From Octopus sinensis (lineage: Eukaryota), in NCBI RefSeq assembly GCF_006345805.1, contig NC_043012.1, positions 23,126,001 to 23,190,000 on the forward strand: DNA of 64,000 nucleotides. The letters are read 5' to 3'. Below the pieces are notes generated by a model. It saw only the letters and a list, made by a program, of their open reading frames with translations, was not told where the DNA came from and did not search any database. The position numbers and the translations under genes were made by a program. This document shows, piece by piece, positions 27,960-40,762 of the stretch; position 1 is the first letter of the stretch; every line of letters starts with the position of its first letter.

Positions 27960-29050
27960 TGAGAAAAAGCAAGCTGATGTGGAGGATTGGAAGCCATCCG
28001 AATATTGGGAAAGAGTTACTTGTATCATGATGATTGATGCCAGGTCTCAAAAATGCCGATGCCATGACTACAGCTCAACGCTCTCTAAGCAAACATTGCA
28101 AGGGCTGTAACATATGACATGGAGAGCTGCAAAGGAGACTATGAAGCTCTGGCCAGCAAGAGGGGACATGGGTGCTCTCACTGTGTTGTCATACCAGAAT
28201 TCCTCCAACAATTTCAGGATAAGGTGATGGAAGATATGAGAAGGGGAATTAAGTACCTGCAGAGAGAGAGAGAGGGGCATGTTGGAGTTAGCACTATGAA
28301 GTTGGCCCTGGATGAGGACCTTCACTACCACTTGTACAAGAGTGGTGCAAGGGACAAATTAGGACACAACCAAGGCCAAAAAAAACTGCTTGACTAAGGC
28401 AAAGAAGCTCCTGAACAAGTTGAGGCATCATGTTGAGTCAAGGATGATCTGGTCTTTAGCAGATGAAAAGAACTTCAGCCAGGACAGGTTGCACAACAAC
28501 CAGAACAACATGTGGCTTGCCTACAATCCATTTGATGTCCCATGTATTATAAAAACCAAGTTCCTCTAAATTGTGAATGTCTGCATTTGTCTGCAGTGAG
28601 AGTGTTGTCATATCTCCCCGACCACCAACATCTTTGAACAAAGCTTTAGGCTCAATTCAGATGGCTATGTGAAGCTGCTTGAGACTGTAGTCAAATCCTA
28701 GCTGGAAGAGTTTGCTGCTGGAAGGCCATATGTGAGGCAGCAGGATTTAGCTCCTTGCCATACCACCAGCAAGAAGTAGAAGTGGTCATAGGAGAACTTC
28801 GAAGACTTCCCCAGCCCTAATTTCTGGCCTCTTAATCCCCACTGATTATAATCCCATGGATTACTAAGTGTGGGGCACAGTTAGGAAAGACACCAGCCAC
28901 TCTGCCTGCAACACCAAGGCTGAGAGGGTGGCCAAGATCAAGGAAATATTTGAAGATCTTAACAGGAACTCATTGAGGAATGCCTGCAGCAGGTTCCAGA
29001 ATTGTCTTGAGGCTAGGGTAGAAGCTGAGAGGCAGGGCTACTTGGAGTAA
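27960..29050 (+). pseudogene. degenerate Tc1/mariner transposase, DD37D (maT) family
   Basis: Frame-shifted translation gives ADEKNFSQD, RLNSDGYVKLLETVVK, RPYVRQQDLAPCHT, W..ENF, NFWP.N(SP)DYNPMDY..WG and NACSRFQNCLEARVEAE. There are 37 residues between the second and third D after one frameshift correction. Multiple stops. Confidence 0.85.
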
Positions 29051-29713
29051 ACTATCATCTTCCAACCATAATCTAATTGATATTTTTTGCTGTTTTAAAA
29101 TATTTCTATTTTTGGGTGGAATATAATGTTTTCTTTTCCTTTAATACAAACTGGGACAGGGCAGAGGAAGCGTCTCGTTAGAGCATCTCCACAGAGAAGA
29201 GAGGGTGGGAGCTGTCGGTTGCTGCATTAAGTATAGCCCCAATCATTTAAAGATGAATGTAATTAAATAATTTTAAAAAGAAGTAAAAAAAAAAAAGAAA
29301 GAAAGAAATCTTCTGCAGCTCATAAGACATGACCAGAAATGGACTTGCAACAGAAGCAGTAGAATTGTGTATATATGGGAGATGTGCTCTACACAGCATT
29401 ATATGATGAATGAGCTGACAACAAGGAAAACACGAGAGGGACAGGTTTACACAAAGGCATTATAAGTATAATATTTGAGAAAAATAGGGTCTTTAATATT
29501 CCAGATGTTAGTTCTTCATTAGAAAATGAAAGAAAATAGGGGCCAGGTAGGGATGTGGTTCTATGGAGAGGCATTAGAAAAAAAGGGAGAAGCAGCGTGT
29601 AGTGTGCCAACACACACACACATTTATATATAATGTGACAATTGGTTGTCATAATAACTGTCACATATTTTATAGATAAATTCCTCTATTTTGGAACGAA
29701 GGAAAGAAGGAGG

Positions 29714-29748
29714 GTTTAACGTTTCGAGCGGAGCTCTTCGTCGGAAAC
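29714..29748 (-). ncRNA. minimal hammerhead-like motif (related subfamily, core CCGACGA)
   Basis: Minus strand: GTTT-CCGACGA-A-GAGC-TCC-GCTC-GAAAC-GTT-AAAC. All three stems can be drawn. Confidence 0.45.
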
Positions 29749-32700
29749 ATAGGAGAAGGAAAGATCCAGAGAAGGGAAGACAGACGAAAAAAATCGCCAA
29801 CGGTACACACTCGGTCACATTTATATATATATATATATATCCCTTGATATATCTCTATTCCTCTATGTTGTCCATATTCATGCCACTGGTCAGACTGGAG
29901 AGTTTTTTTTAGCTCATTTTCACTTCTATTATTCAATTTACCCCAAGGCTACAGATGTTTTCTTTGCTTTTTTTGTACCTGTCTAAGTATCTCATCTGCT
30001 GGATTCAAGGCAGGGTAAATGATGTCCTGATGATGCCTATAAGGGTAGAAACATGCATAAACAGCTGTATTCTTACCTACCAATCATTTCCTTAACGGCA
30101 TGTCAATTTCAGAGAAATTCTTAATCTTTCTGAAATTATCTCCCAATTCTCTTTTGTAGTTGGTCACAATTGCTGCCGGGCATTTGTTTATCCTTCTCTC
30201 AATTGGATGATAATTTCAATAAACCAAGAATTTATCTTGTGCAGTATTTGATTTGGCTTTATTTGTTTTATTGTTCATATCCCTGGCGCTGACCATTCTG
30301 GGTTATTTCTCTTAGTTCAGTTTCATTTAAATTACATACAAACACACACACATACACAATATGTATGCATGTGTATGTACTATGTACATATACACACAAT
30401 ATATTTATACATGAACATATATACATGAACATACACACAATATATTTATACATGAACACACACACACACGTATATGTATATAACACAAATGTAGACACAC
30501 ACACATGTATATGTATATAACACAAATGTACACACACACATGTATATGTATATAACACAAATGTACACACACACACACACACACACATGTATTTATGTAT
30601 AGTTATGTATGTGTGCATACATACATAACTGTACATACACACAAACACACATGCACATATACATACAGAAGCATGTATGTAACTACACACACACACACAC
30701 ATACATGCAAACATACCCACAATTTATATTTATGGCATTATTTGATAATTTTAAATTGCCTACATAAAAAAAAAAAAAATTAAATAAACATTAAAAAAAA
30801 ATATCAACATATCAAACATTATCTACAGATAGATACAAATTCCTCTAAATGTATGTCTTACAACATTTACACCCCAATCGAGATGACTAACTTCAGTTTA
30901 ATGTGCAAATTTATTTTTAGATGTCTAATGTAAATCCACAAATGCATCAGTGATTATGAATGTTCTGTACGCATGTTTCAATGGGTTTGTTTGTTTTAAC
31001 CCCTATCCTCGACAAGGCATTATTATTTGGTTAAATTTGTTGGCAATTCAATTTTACTTGATAATGCAAAGTTTGACATTTTCGAATATAATTCTGAATA
31101 TATCTATTGATTTCCTTCATCATAAGTACTATCAATTTCAAATGTTGAACAAATATAGCTACAAGTTTGTTTTTTTTTTTTGTTTGTTTTGTTTGTTCTT
31201 GTTCTTCTTTTTCATTTTCCTGCCTTCATTTGTTGTTGTTGTTGTTGTTGTTGTTACTTAGCTCTGGATCAGTCTGGATCCAAAAGCCCCTTGATCAATC
31301 TCATTCCAGCCATTTTCGTCCTATCTTTTTATCAAAACTAATGCATCTAGGATTACATTTTCCAGTGTGCCATTCTCTTTCTCCTCCCCCATTCGCTTTT
31401 GGAAAAAGAGTATCTTTTAAGTTTTACTTGTTTCAGTCACTGGATTGTGCCCATACTGCAGCACTGCCTTGAAGGGTTTTAGCCAAACAGATTGATTTCA
31501 GTCCTTATCTTTAAGTCTTATACTTATTCTATTTCTATCAATCTCTTTTGCTAAACTGCTAAAAGGCGGAGGACATAGACAAACCAACACTGGTTGTCAA
31601 GCAGTGGGGGATAACAAACACAAAGACATACATGCCAGCATGGAAAACGGATGTTAAATGATGATGATGAACTGAAAGCTATAGGTTGTGGATTCAAAAA
31701 CTCATGGGACTCACACAGACTTGGCCAACAATCTGCACAGCAACCAATTCCAAAGGAGTGGAATGCAGAATGCCTCTGTAAATGAAGTTCCAGAAAATCC
31801 AATCAATGAAACTATGCCGTAAAGAGTTCTATAGATAAATGAAAAGTCTGCACAGTTTCCATTTACCAAATTCACTCACAAAGCATTATTTGGCACAGGG
31901 TTATAGTAGAAGACACTTGCCCAAAGTGCCACGCAGTGGGACTGAACCCAAGACTACACAGCAGCAAAGTGAGCTTCTTCGCCATGCTGCCAAGTTTTTG
32001 GGTATGATGGGATTTGGTTGCGAAATTCTAGCAGAACAAGCAACCACATAACATAGAGCCTCTCTCGTCGACTTGTATTCTGTAGATTTTAGGTGTAGGA
32101 TGTTCTGAGGAATCCTGTAGTTCAGTGAAAATATTCTAGGTTTCCACAAGATCACAATAAAATCTAATAAAAAAATATATCAAAAAATGATATTTACTGT
32201 TTTGAAAGTCATTATATGCTTATTTTGATGAATAAATTAATATGTATTTATTTTAATGAATTATTATGTTAATTGAAACAATTTCTGCTTAATTTAATGT
32301 CTTAATTAATGAAACTAATTGCCTGATTCATTACAGTGTTGGAACAAATTCCACATGGAATTTGTTTCAATTTTGTGTCCCAAGTTCAAATCTCACCCAT
32401 GCTAACTTTGACTTTCACCCTTTTAGCACCGATAAAAAAAAGAACCGATCCAGGCAGAAGTGTGAGAGGGTGGGGGAATAAGATGCTTGGTGATATTAGT
32501 GCTAGCTTTATGCATTGTGACTGCAAAATCTGTATTGAAACTGATGCCAAGCTTTATCAGTTCCAGCTGGAAACTTTTCCCCCCAGGATAAACATTAGTG
32601 GGGGGAAAAGGATGCATGGGTAACAACCAGTCTCCCTCAAATGAAAAGAAAATATTTTACCCAAACCTGCCTCATCAATGTCATACTTTTCCACATCAAT

Positions 32701-32850
32701 TTCCTTCAGATCTGAATGACTAATAAAACAATCAATTAGTTAACTGGTTAAATGGTTAATTACACTGTGTAACACGATTGTTGGCTTTAGGTAGCAACTA
32801 TTATTTCCTTATTTGCTTACACCTAGAAAGTATGAAAAATGGCTAATAAA

Positions 32851-33162
32851 TGCCAGACCGTCATCGTTGCGAAGTGCTGTGACGGCCGTGCACTGAATCA
32901 CACAGCCGACGACACGTAATGGAGCCCGACACTGGGAAGCAGAAGCAGAGGAGGAACAACGACAACGGCGAGGTGCACGCCCGCGGACGCCACAGATGCA
33001 GACGACGAGCGAAGTGAATGGACGCCTGCGTAAGTCTGTTCGTGCCCGCCGATCGCTCCGTCGCATTCATCTAGTCTCGCATCCTTGCCCGGTCTGTCCT
33101 CCTCTGAGCCTGCCCACCCGCTGCCGTCATCGTCACTCCATGGGTGTAAAAAAAAAAAAAAA
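32851..33162 (+). mobile_element. GC/CpG-rich poly(A)-tailed, 5'-truncated retroposed fragment (probable non-LTR 3' end)
   Basis: Much higher GC than the flanks, ends CTCCATGGGTGT(A)15. DRHR(W)RSAV at the start resembles RTE-type C-termini after frameshift correction. Family uncertain. Confidence 0.45.
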
Positions 33163-35295
33163 TTGAGTGAGCTTGTTGCCAGTAGCACCTGACTGGCCCC
33201 TGATTTGGTGGCACGTAAAAGCACCCACTACACTCTCGGAGTGGTTGGTGTTAGGAAGGGCATCCAGCTGTAGAAACTCTGCCAGATCAAGACTGGAGCC
33301 TGGTGCAGCCATCTGGTTCACCAGCCCACAGTCAAACCATCCAACCCATGCTAGCATGGAAAGTGGACATTAAACGATGATGATGATGATGATTTCCTTC
33401 AAACTTTGCTTCTGTTATATTCATTCAGAGCCCTCAAAATTCCTGTCAGCACATGACTATGATGCTCCCCCACTACTACTTCTCATGATTAGAGAGGCAC
33501 ATATTGTTAGCCACTGAGGGACATGCACAAGTAGTGAAGGTGAAGCAATTGACAGGCAAATCTGTGGTACTGAGCAGAATATTTGCTATAATGATATTTC
33601 TGCTTCAGCAACTCTGTACTGAATCTGTCTGAAATGGAATAGAAAATACGTCGCTTTCACAACATTGATGCCCAAGTCACAAAAGCAAAGTTTGAAGGGT
33701 ATAGCAGTCATTTCCTTTGATCTCTAGGTTGAAGCAAATAAGAAATAACACTTACTGACCAAAAACAAAAATATAAATAAATAAAAATTTTGTTATGCTG
33801 TTATTTGACTAATGAAAATAAAGAAGTGAAACAAAACCAATGTGTGTCTCACATGTTGACATAATGATCCTCCCAAGATACACCTAAATATGTTTCACCA
33901 CACAAGTTCACATTAAAAATCATGTAAACCTAATACAAAAGTGACATAATTTCCTATTTTCAAATTTAACCCTTTAGCATTTAAACTATATCTTGGCCAA
34001 ATATTCTGTTTGATATTCCAACTGAGATCTGGCGATAAATACCCTACAGGGTCATTCCGAAACTAAACAATTATATCATTGAATCCTCAAAGCCATGAGA
34101 TAATGCATGATTAATTGAAAACAAAAGGAATAAATAAGCATTATGTTTCACAGAATAATCCAAACATTAACAGGTTTAAAAAAAATTAAATTTATATTTA
34201 TTCGAAACCAAAATGTAATAAAGCTTTTGACATCATCATTTTACACAACTTTTCATTTCTTCAAATCATTGTCAAGAAATATTTCTGATAATGTTGGCTG
34301 TAATTTTTACCAATCTCCAAGAAATGCCAGAAATGAAGATTCCTAACTCTTAAGAACTCTTAGAAATGAACTTTGGCTTAATGATCTATCATAAATTTTC
34401 AGTATAATTCCTGTCTGGATCTTCCATGCTAAACCAATGCCTATGATCTTGGAGAAGATTTTTTTAGACTAGGTTTGTACAATAAACAAGAGTTTTATCA
34501 AGTTGGTGTATTGCTAATCTGCATTGGTCGAGCAAGTTGTTGTATTAACCAAAGGCGATGCTTAAGTCAAATTTCTTTCTTTATAATCAGCATTTACATT
34601 TGCATTGCAAAGAATGAAAACATTTCTACAACACCATACAACCATTTCTAAACCATCTTGTCAATTGTAGTAGAAAAAATCTTGATTCAAGAGACAAGGT
34701 TATCTTGAAGATCTTCAATACATGGATTGGATATCACTGTCTCAAGTTCAAGGACTTGTAGTTCCAGTGACTTGGTTCCCATGCTGTCTAAGAGACTGAG
34801 ACCACACCATTCCTCTTGAACAGGAGACACACAACATTCCTGAATAATAGAACATTATCTTGAAAGCACTGTCTCACCTTTCCAATCCAAACACAAAATA
34901 TACACCACACCTTTTAGGAGTAAGCATTGGTCATGTGATTATGAAGTATGCTTCAGAACTGTGTGGATTTTGGTTCAATCCCATTGTGCAGCACCTCAGG
35001 CAAGCATCTTCTACTAAAGCCCAGTTCAACCAAAGCCTTGTGAGTTAATCTCAATGATAGAAACTGCACAAAGCTCATTATATATACATATTCTTTTACT
35101 ACATGTTTCAGCCATTTGACTGTAGCCATGCAGAAGCACTACCTTTAGTTGAAGAAATGGACCCCACAACTTATTCTTTGTAAGCCTAGTATTTATTTCA
35201 TTGATCTCATTTTGTCACACTGCTAAGTTATGGGGATGTAAGAACACCAACATTGGTTGTAAAGCAATGGTCAGGGAACAAACACAGACACACAA

Positions 35296-35335
<40 letters not shown>

Positions 35336-36750
35336 GACAGGCCTCTTTCGGTTTCTGTCTACCAAATCCACTTACAAGCCTTAGTCGGCTTGAGGTTATA
35401 GTAGAAGACACTTGCCCAAGGTGCCGTGCAATGGGACTGAACCTGGAACCATGTGGTTGAGAAGCAAGCTTCTTGCCACACAGGCCTGTGCCTATATATA
35501 TATATCATCATCATTTAACATCTGCTTTCCATGCTAGCATGGGTTGGACGATTTGAAAGAGGACTGGTGAACCAGATGGCTGCACCAGGCTCCAATCTGA
35601 TCTGCCAGAGTTTCTACAGCTGGATGCCCTTCCTAACGCCAACCACTCCGAGAGTGTAGTGGGTGCTTTTACGTGCCACCGGCACGATCATCATCATCAT
35701 TATCTTTTTAACATCCACTTTTGCATGGTTGCATAGCTTGGGTGGGGTTTATCAAGGCTGATTTTCTACAGCCAGGTGCCCTTCCTGTTGCCATCTCTCA
35801 CCCCAAGCAAGCTGATATTTCCCTTGTTAGAAGCAGAAGACAATTGCCCCAGATGTAACGCAATGGAACTGAACATTAAACCACAAAGCCTATCATAACT
35901 GTTCGGTTGGGAGTGAATGTCTCCATTCTGCATTTTGCATGAAAATTGCTGAGCTATGGATGGTAACACTTATTGACATTTCCCTATTAAGACATTTTCC
36001 AGTAATTTTACACACAAGTGGAATGAAAGCACCCTTACAATGTTTTCTGGCCTATGAGTTGACATAGTGGATACCTTGAAACATTGTCACAATCTCTCTA
36101 AATCCTGAAGCATTTCACATAGAATTTTTGCTCTTCTAAAGCCATCTTGGTGTATAAGTCAACCTGCCTTGTTTGTCACTCAATTTCTGTCCGTAAAACT
36201 CAACTTGTATACCAGAAAATACAGTACTTGAAAAACGGGTAACGGTTAGGGGCAGGAAGGGCATCTGACTATCAAACAAGGCATCAATGATATGTATGTG
36301 CTAGCATGGAAAAATTACAAACCAACATGACTATAATACCAATTCTCCCTGTACACCAAAATTCGGTGCTGGTTTGCAAACTATTTTCACAGAGGTTTCA
36401 AAGGAACTGAAACTGTATAATATTAACTGTAACCTCTTTGTGTGTCTCTGTTGTGAGCATGATCAGAACTATTAAACACATCAGAACAAACTGAATGATA
36501 AGCAAAACAGAGAATGTGTATCAAACAAATTCAGAATCAAAGGAACTTCTATGTGGAAGCTCAGCTGGCTTGAACTAGCAACCAAATCTCCTTCAAACCA
36601 CACCCTGTCATAATAAATAAAGAATACAGTGAATGAAATGAGTTCTTATGCAGTCAATCAACTTCTTTTTTTTTTCAATAGAATCCCTTACAGTCATACA
36701 GAAAGGGTAAAATGAAGCAGATGAAGGAGTTTCTTTTTATGGGCTGACAA

Positions 36751-37171
36751 CTTTTATCTTTTATCTCTTACTTGTTTCAGTTATTTGACTGCGGCAATGC
36801 TGGAGCACCGCCTTTAGTCGAGCAAATCGACCCCGGAACTTATTCTTTGTAAGCCCAGTACTTATTCTATCGGTCTCTTTTGCCGAACCGCTAAGTGACG
36901 GGGATGTAAACACACCAGCATCGGTTGTCAAGTAATGCTAGGGGGACAAATACAGACACTCAAACAGACACACACACACATATATATATATATACATACA
37001 TATATACGACAGGCTTCTTTCAGTTTCCGTCTACCAATTCCACTCACAAGGCGTTGGTCGGCCTGGGGCTATAGCAGAAGACACTTGCCCAAGATGCCAC
37101 GCAGTGGGACTGAACCCAGAACCATGTGGTTGGTTAGCAAGCTACTTGCCACACAGCCACTCCTGCGCCTA
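36751..37171 (-). mobile_element. full-length family A SINE
   Basis: Reverse complement of the 15988-16410 element. Confidence 0.8.
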
Positions 37172-37550
37172 TGCAAGCAAAACTTGCAAGAACTAGCAGC
37201 CAAATTTACTGCAAACCATTGGAAATAAAAGCAATAGTGAATGAGACGAGGGAGTTCCTATGTGGCTGTACAAACCTCTTGAAATAGCAGCCATTCTTCT
37301 TTATAACCATACCTTATTGTTTTAGGAAAGACTACTCTGAATAATGAAGGTCTGGATAATGTGATCTGAGCTTCCTTGAATTTAGGAAATGGATGGGTTG
37401 GTCATGGCTGAAATGCCTATGATCACATGTCTTTTTGAGAAGGACGGACGTAGGGCTAAAGCAGCCAATAAACACTGCTTCACTGTCCAGTGAAGTACCA
37501 GACTAGACCAGGCCAGACCAGACCAGACTGAGGTATAGTTTCTAGGGTGG

Positions 37551-37923
37551 AGGTGCAAGAACCCAGTGGTTAGGGCAGCGGACTCGCGATCATAGGATCG
37601 CGGTTTCGATTCCCAGACCGGGCGTTGTGAGTGTTTATTGAGCGAAAACACCTAAAGCTCCATGAGTCTCCGGCAGGGGATGGTGGTGATCCCTGCTGTA
37701 CTCTTTCACCACAACTTTCTCTCACTCTTACTTCCTGTTTCTGTTGTACCTGTTGTACCGGCCTTGTCACTCTCTGTGTCACGCTGAATATCCCCGAGAA
37801 ATACGTTAAGAGTACACGTGTCTGTGGAGTGCTCAGCCACTTACACGTTAATTTCACGAGCAGGCTGTTCCGTTGATTCAGATCAACCGGAACCCTCGTC
37901 GTCGTAACCGATGGAGTGCTTCC
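37551..37923 (+). mobile_element. young tRNA-headed SINE with 16-bp TSD (family D1)
   Basis: TSD ATAGTTTCTAGGGTGG at 37535-37550 and 37924-37939. Box A/B-like AGTGGTTAG...GGTTTCGATTCCC. Confidence 0.85.
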
Positions 37924-39194
37924 ATAGTTTCTAGGGTGGGGTTGTAAGCTCCATGTTATCTGTAAACCAATGCCATTTCATAATTAGCCTAAGCTTAAGC
38001 TCCACTCAACAAAAGCAAGTTTCATCATCCATGTATTCAAAGTAATGAACTGGATGAGTTATTAGAGTTTCAGAGAAATGCTTTGCACAACTTGTCCAGT
38101 GGGAGTGTGGGCTTAGTGGTTACAATGCTACATGAGTGTAAAGATCATAGTTTCAACTCCAGGACTGGGTGGTGCACTGTGTTATAGAGCAAAACACTTC
38201 ATTCCAAATTGCTTCATTTCATAAATGAGTGCTGGGAAGTTAACCCTGGAATGGACTGGCACCCTATCCAGTCATTTCAGTTATTTACAAGCCTTAGAAA
38301 TGAGGTTAAACTCAAGCATTATGATTCTTATGACTCATGACTGACTTAAGTGTTTGCTTCAGCTCTTCACATTCTGAGTTCAAATCCTACCAGGTTCATC
38401 TTTGTCATTCATTCCTCTTGAACCAATAAAACAAAGTACCAGTCAAATACTGGGGTTGATGGTATCAACTAACCCCCCCACCCCCACCCACACACACACA
38501 CGACACCTGCTAGCAATTGCTGGCCTTGTACCTAAATTAAAAAAAAAACATTATTACATGCTTATTTATAATGTCTGAATTGAAATAAAAAGCTTTTGTT
38601 TCCTTTCAAGGAATATATTACTAAATTTACAATTCATTTTCCAAAGACCAGATTGATAATTTTAAATAAGTCTTTAATTTATTCCTCTAAAAATAAAGTC
38701 AGTTAACAGAATATTTCAAATCTTTCAAATGTATTTTCAGCTTAGGAAAGAAGTGTGTGTGTGTCTCTGTATGCACACGTACTTTGAACATCATCATCAT
38801 CATAATAATAACTTGACTGTCCATTTTTAGATGCTTGCATAGTTTGAATGGAATTTGATGAGGTAGATTTTCTACAGCTGGATGCTCTTCCTATCACCAA
38901 CTCTCAACTGTTTCCAAGCAAGCTAATATTTTCCTGTAGCTAGACATGTTTTCACAGAAGACTGGAAACAAAGGACAGTGCTTCCATGAAGTCAAAGCAA
39001 GAAGACAATAACATCCACACACACACGCACACAAATATATACATATTTCCATGAACCAAATCCACTCACAAGGCTTTGGTTGGCCCAGGGCTGTAGTAGA
39101 TGAAACTTACCCAAAGTGTCCCACAGTGGGACTTAATCCGAGACTATGTGAATGGGAAGCTAACTTCTTACCACACAGCCAAGCCTATGCCTCT

Positions 39195-39380
39195 CTCCTT
39201 GTTTTTTTCTCTCTTTGCTTTTTTCTCTCCTTGTTTTTTCTGCGTATCTTTCTGTAGAAGAGCGTAGGCTCGAAACATAAAAGACTTTTTCTATTCCTGA
39301 GTGCTATACTAATACATTTGTTTGTTTGTACTCCACCTGCCTTCGTCTTTTGTTTATTTACGTAAACTTTCCCTTTATGC
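39195..39380 (+). mobile_element. hammerhead-like-motif-bearing dispersed element
   Basis: TCTTT-CTGTAGA-A-GAGC-GTAG-GCTC-GAAAC-ATA-AAAGA at 39247-39284. Confidence 0.6.
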
Positions 39381-40762
39381 CTATATACATATACATACAT
39401 ACATACACACACACACACACCATAGTAATTATCTCCTGAAAGACCAAACACAATAACCCTGTAGATTCATTTAAAATATGGAATGAATATTTTTCTGCCA
39501 AATAATTATTCATTAAGATATTCCTTTATTCTTTTACTTGTTTCAGTCATTTGACTGCAGCCATTTGACTTTAGTCGAACAAATCTACCCCAGGATTTAT
39601 TCTCTGTATGCCTAGTACTTATTCTATCAGTCTCTTTGGCCAAACTGCTAAGTTATGAAGCCATAAACACACTAACATCGGTTGTCAAACGATGTTGGAG
39701 GGACAAACACAGACACACAAACACAGACACACACGGCTTTTTTCAGTTTCCATCTACCAAATCCACTCACAAGTCTTTGATAGGTCAGAGGCAATAGTAG
39801 AAGACACTTGCCCAAGGTGCCATGCTGTGAGACTGAACCTGGAACCATGTGGTTGGTAAGCATTTGAAGGCTAAAACAATGCGAAGTGCATTGTGACCAG
39901 CGATGTGTAGTAACATTTGATAGCCTGGTAGGTCACAGAGATCACAGTGATATATATATATATATAAAATTAGAAAAAAAACACCTTTTATCAATTCAAA
40001 ATGAACAATTAAATTACACCATCTAGAAAATTACATATAATTAGAAATATTAACTTTAAAATAACTATAAAATGTCAATGATTAAGTAAATTGCAAAAAA
40101 AATAACAATAATAATGTATATAATTTTCCTTGTAAGTTTTGGATTTCATTACCTCAAATAATAATAAATATATATATATATATATATCATCATCATCATC
40201 GTTTAACGTCTGCTTTCCATGCTAGCATGGGTTGGACGGTTCAACTGGGGTCTGGGAAGCCCGAAGGCTGCACCAGGCCAGTCAAATCTGGCGGTGTTTC
40301 TACAGCTGGATGCCCTTCCTAACGCCAACCACTCCGTGAGTGTAGTGAGTGCTTTTTATGTGCCACCGACACAGGTGCCAATGACTGAAACAAGAAAAGG
40401 ATAAAAGATAGATAGTCCCCTAAAATATTTAGTCATGGGACCCCTAGGCTAATCCCTGCTTTGATAGTGAAAGTGGGCTTAACTCTAGCATTTAATCCAG
40501 CCATTTCTGGTCCAGATATTCTCCTGGTTTTATGTTAAAACTGAGCAGATCCAATGTCTCACACCTACCCTACAAGGTCATTCTAAAAATAAGCAACCAC
40601 ATCATAGAAATTGTGAAGCAATGTGATAATGCATGATTAATTCAAAACAATGTGAATAAATACGGTTTACATTTGACAAGGAATCTGAATGTTAAAAAGT
40701 TAAAGTTGTATTTGTGTGGCCTATTCTATCCATATCAGATACCATAAGCATCCACATAAATC

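Noticed and set aside
30795-30825. miR-190-like word (and a miR-153-like word near 1520)
   Set aside because: There are several mismatches including the seed, and no precursor hairpin.
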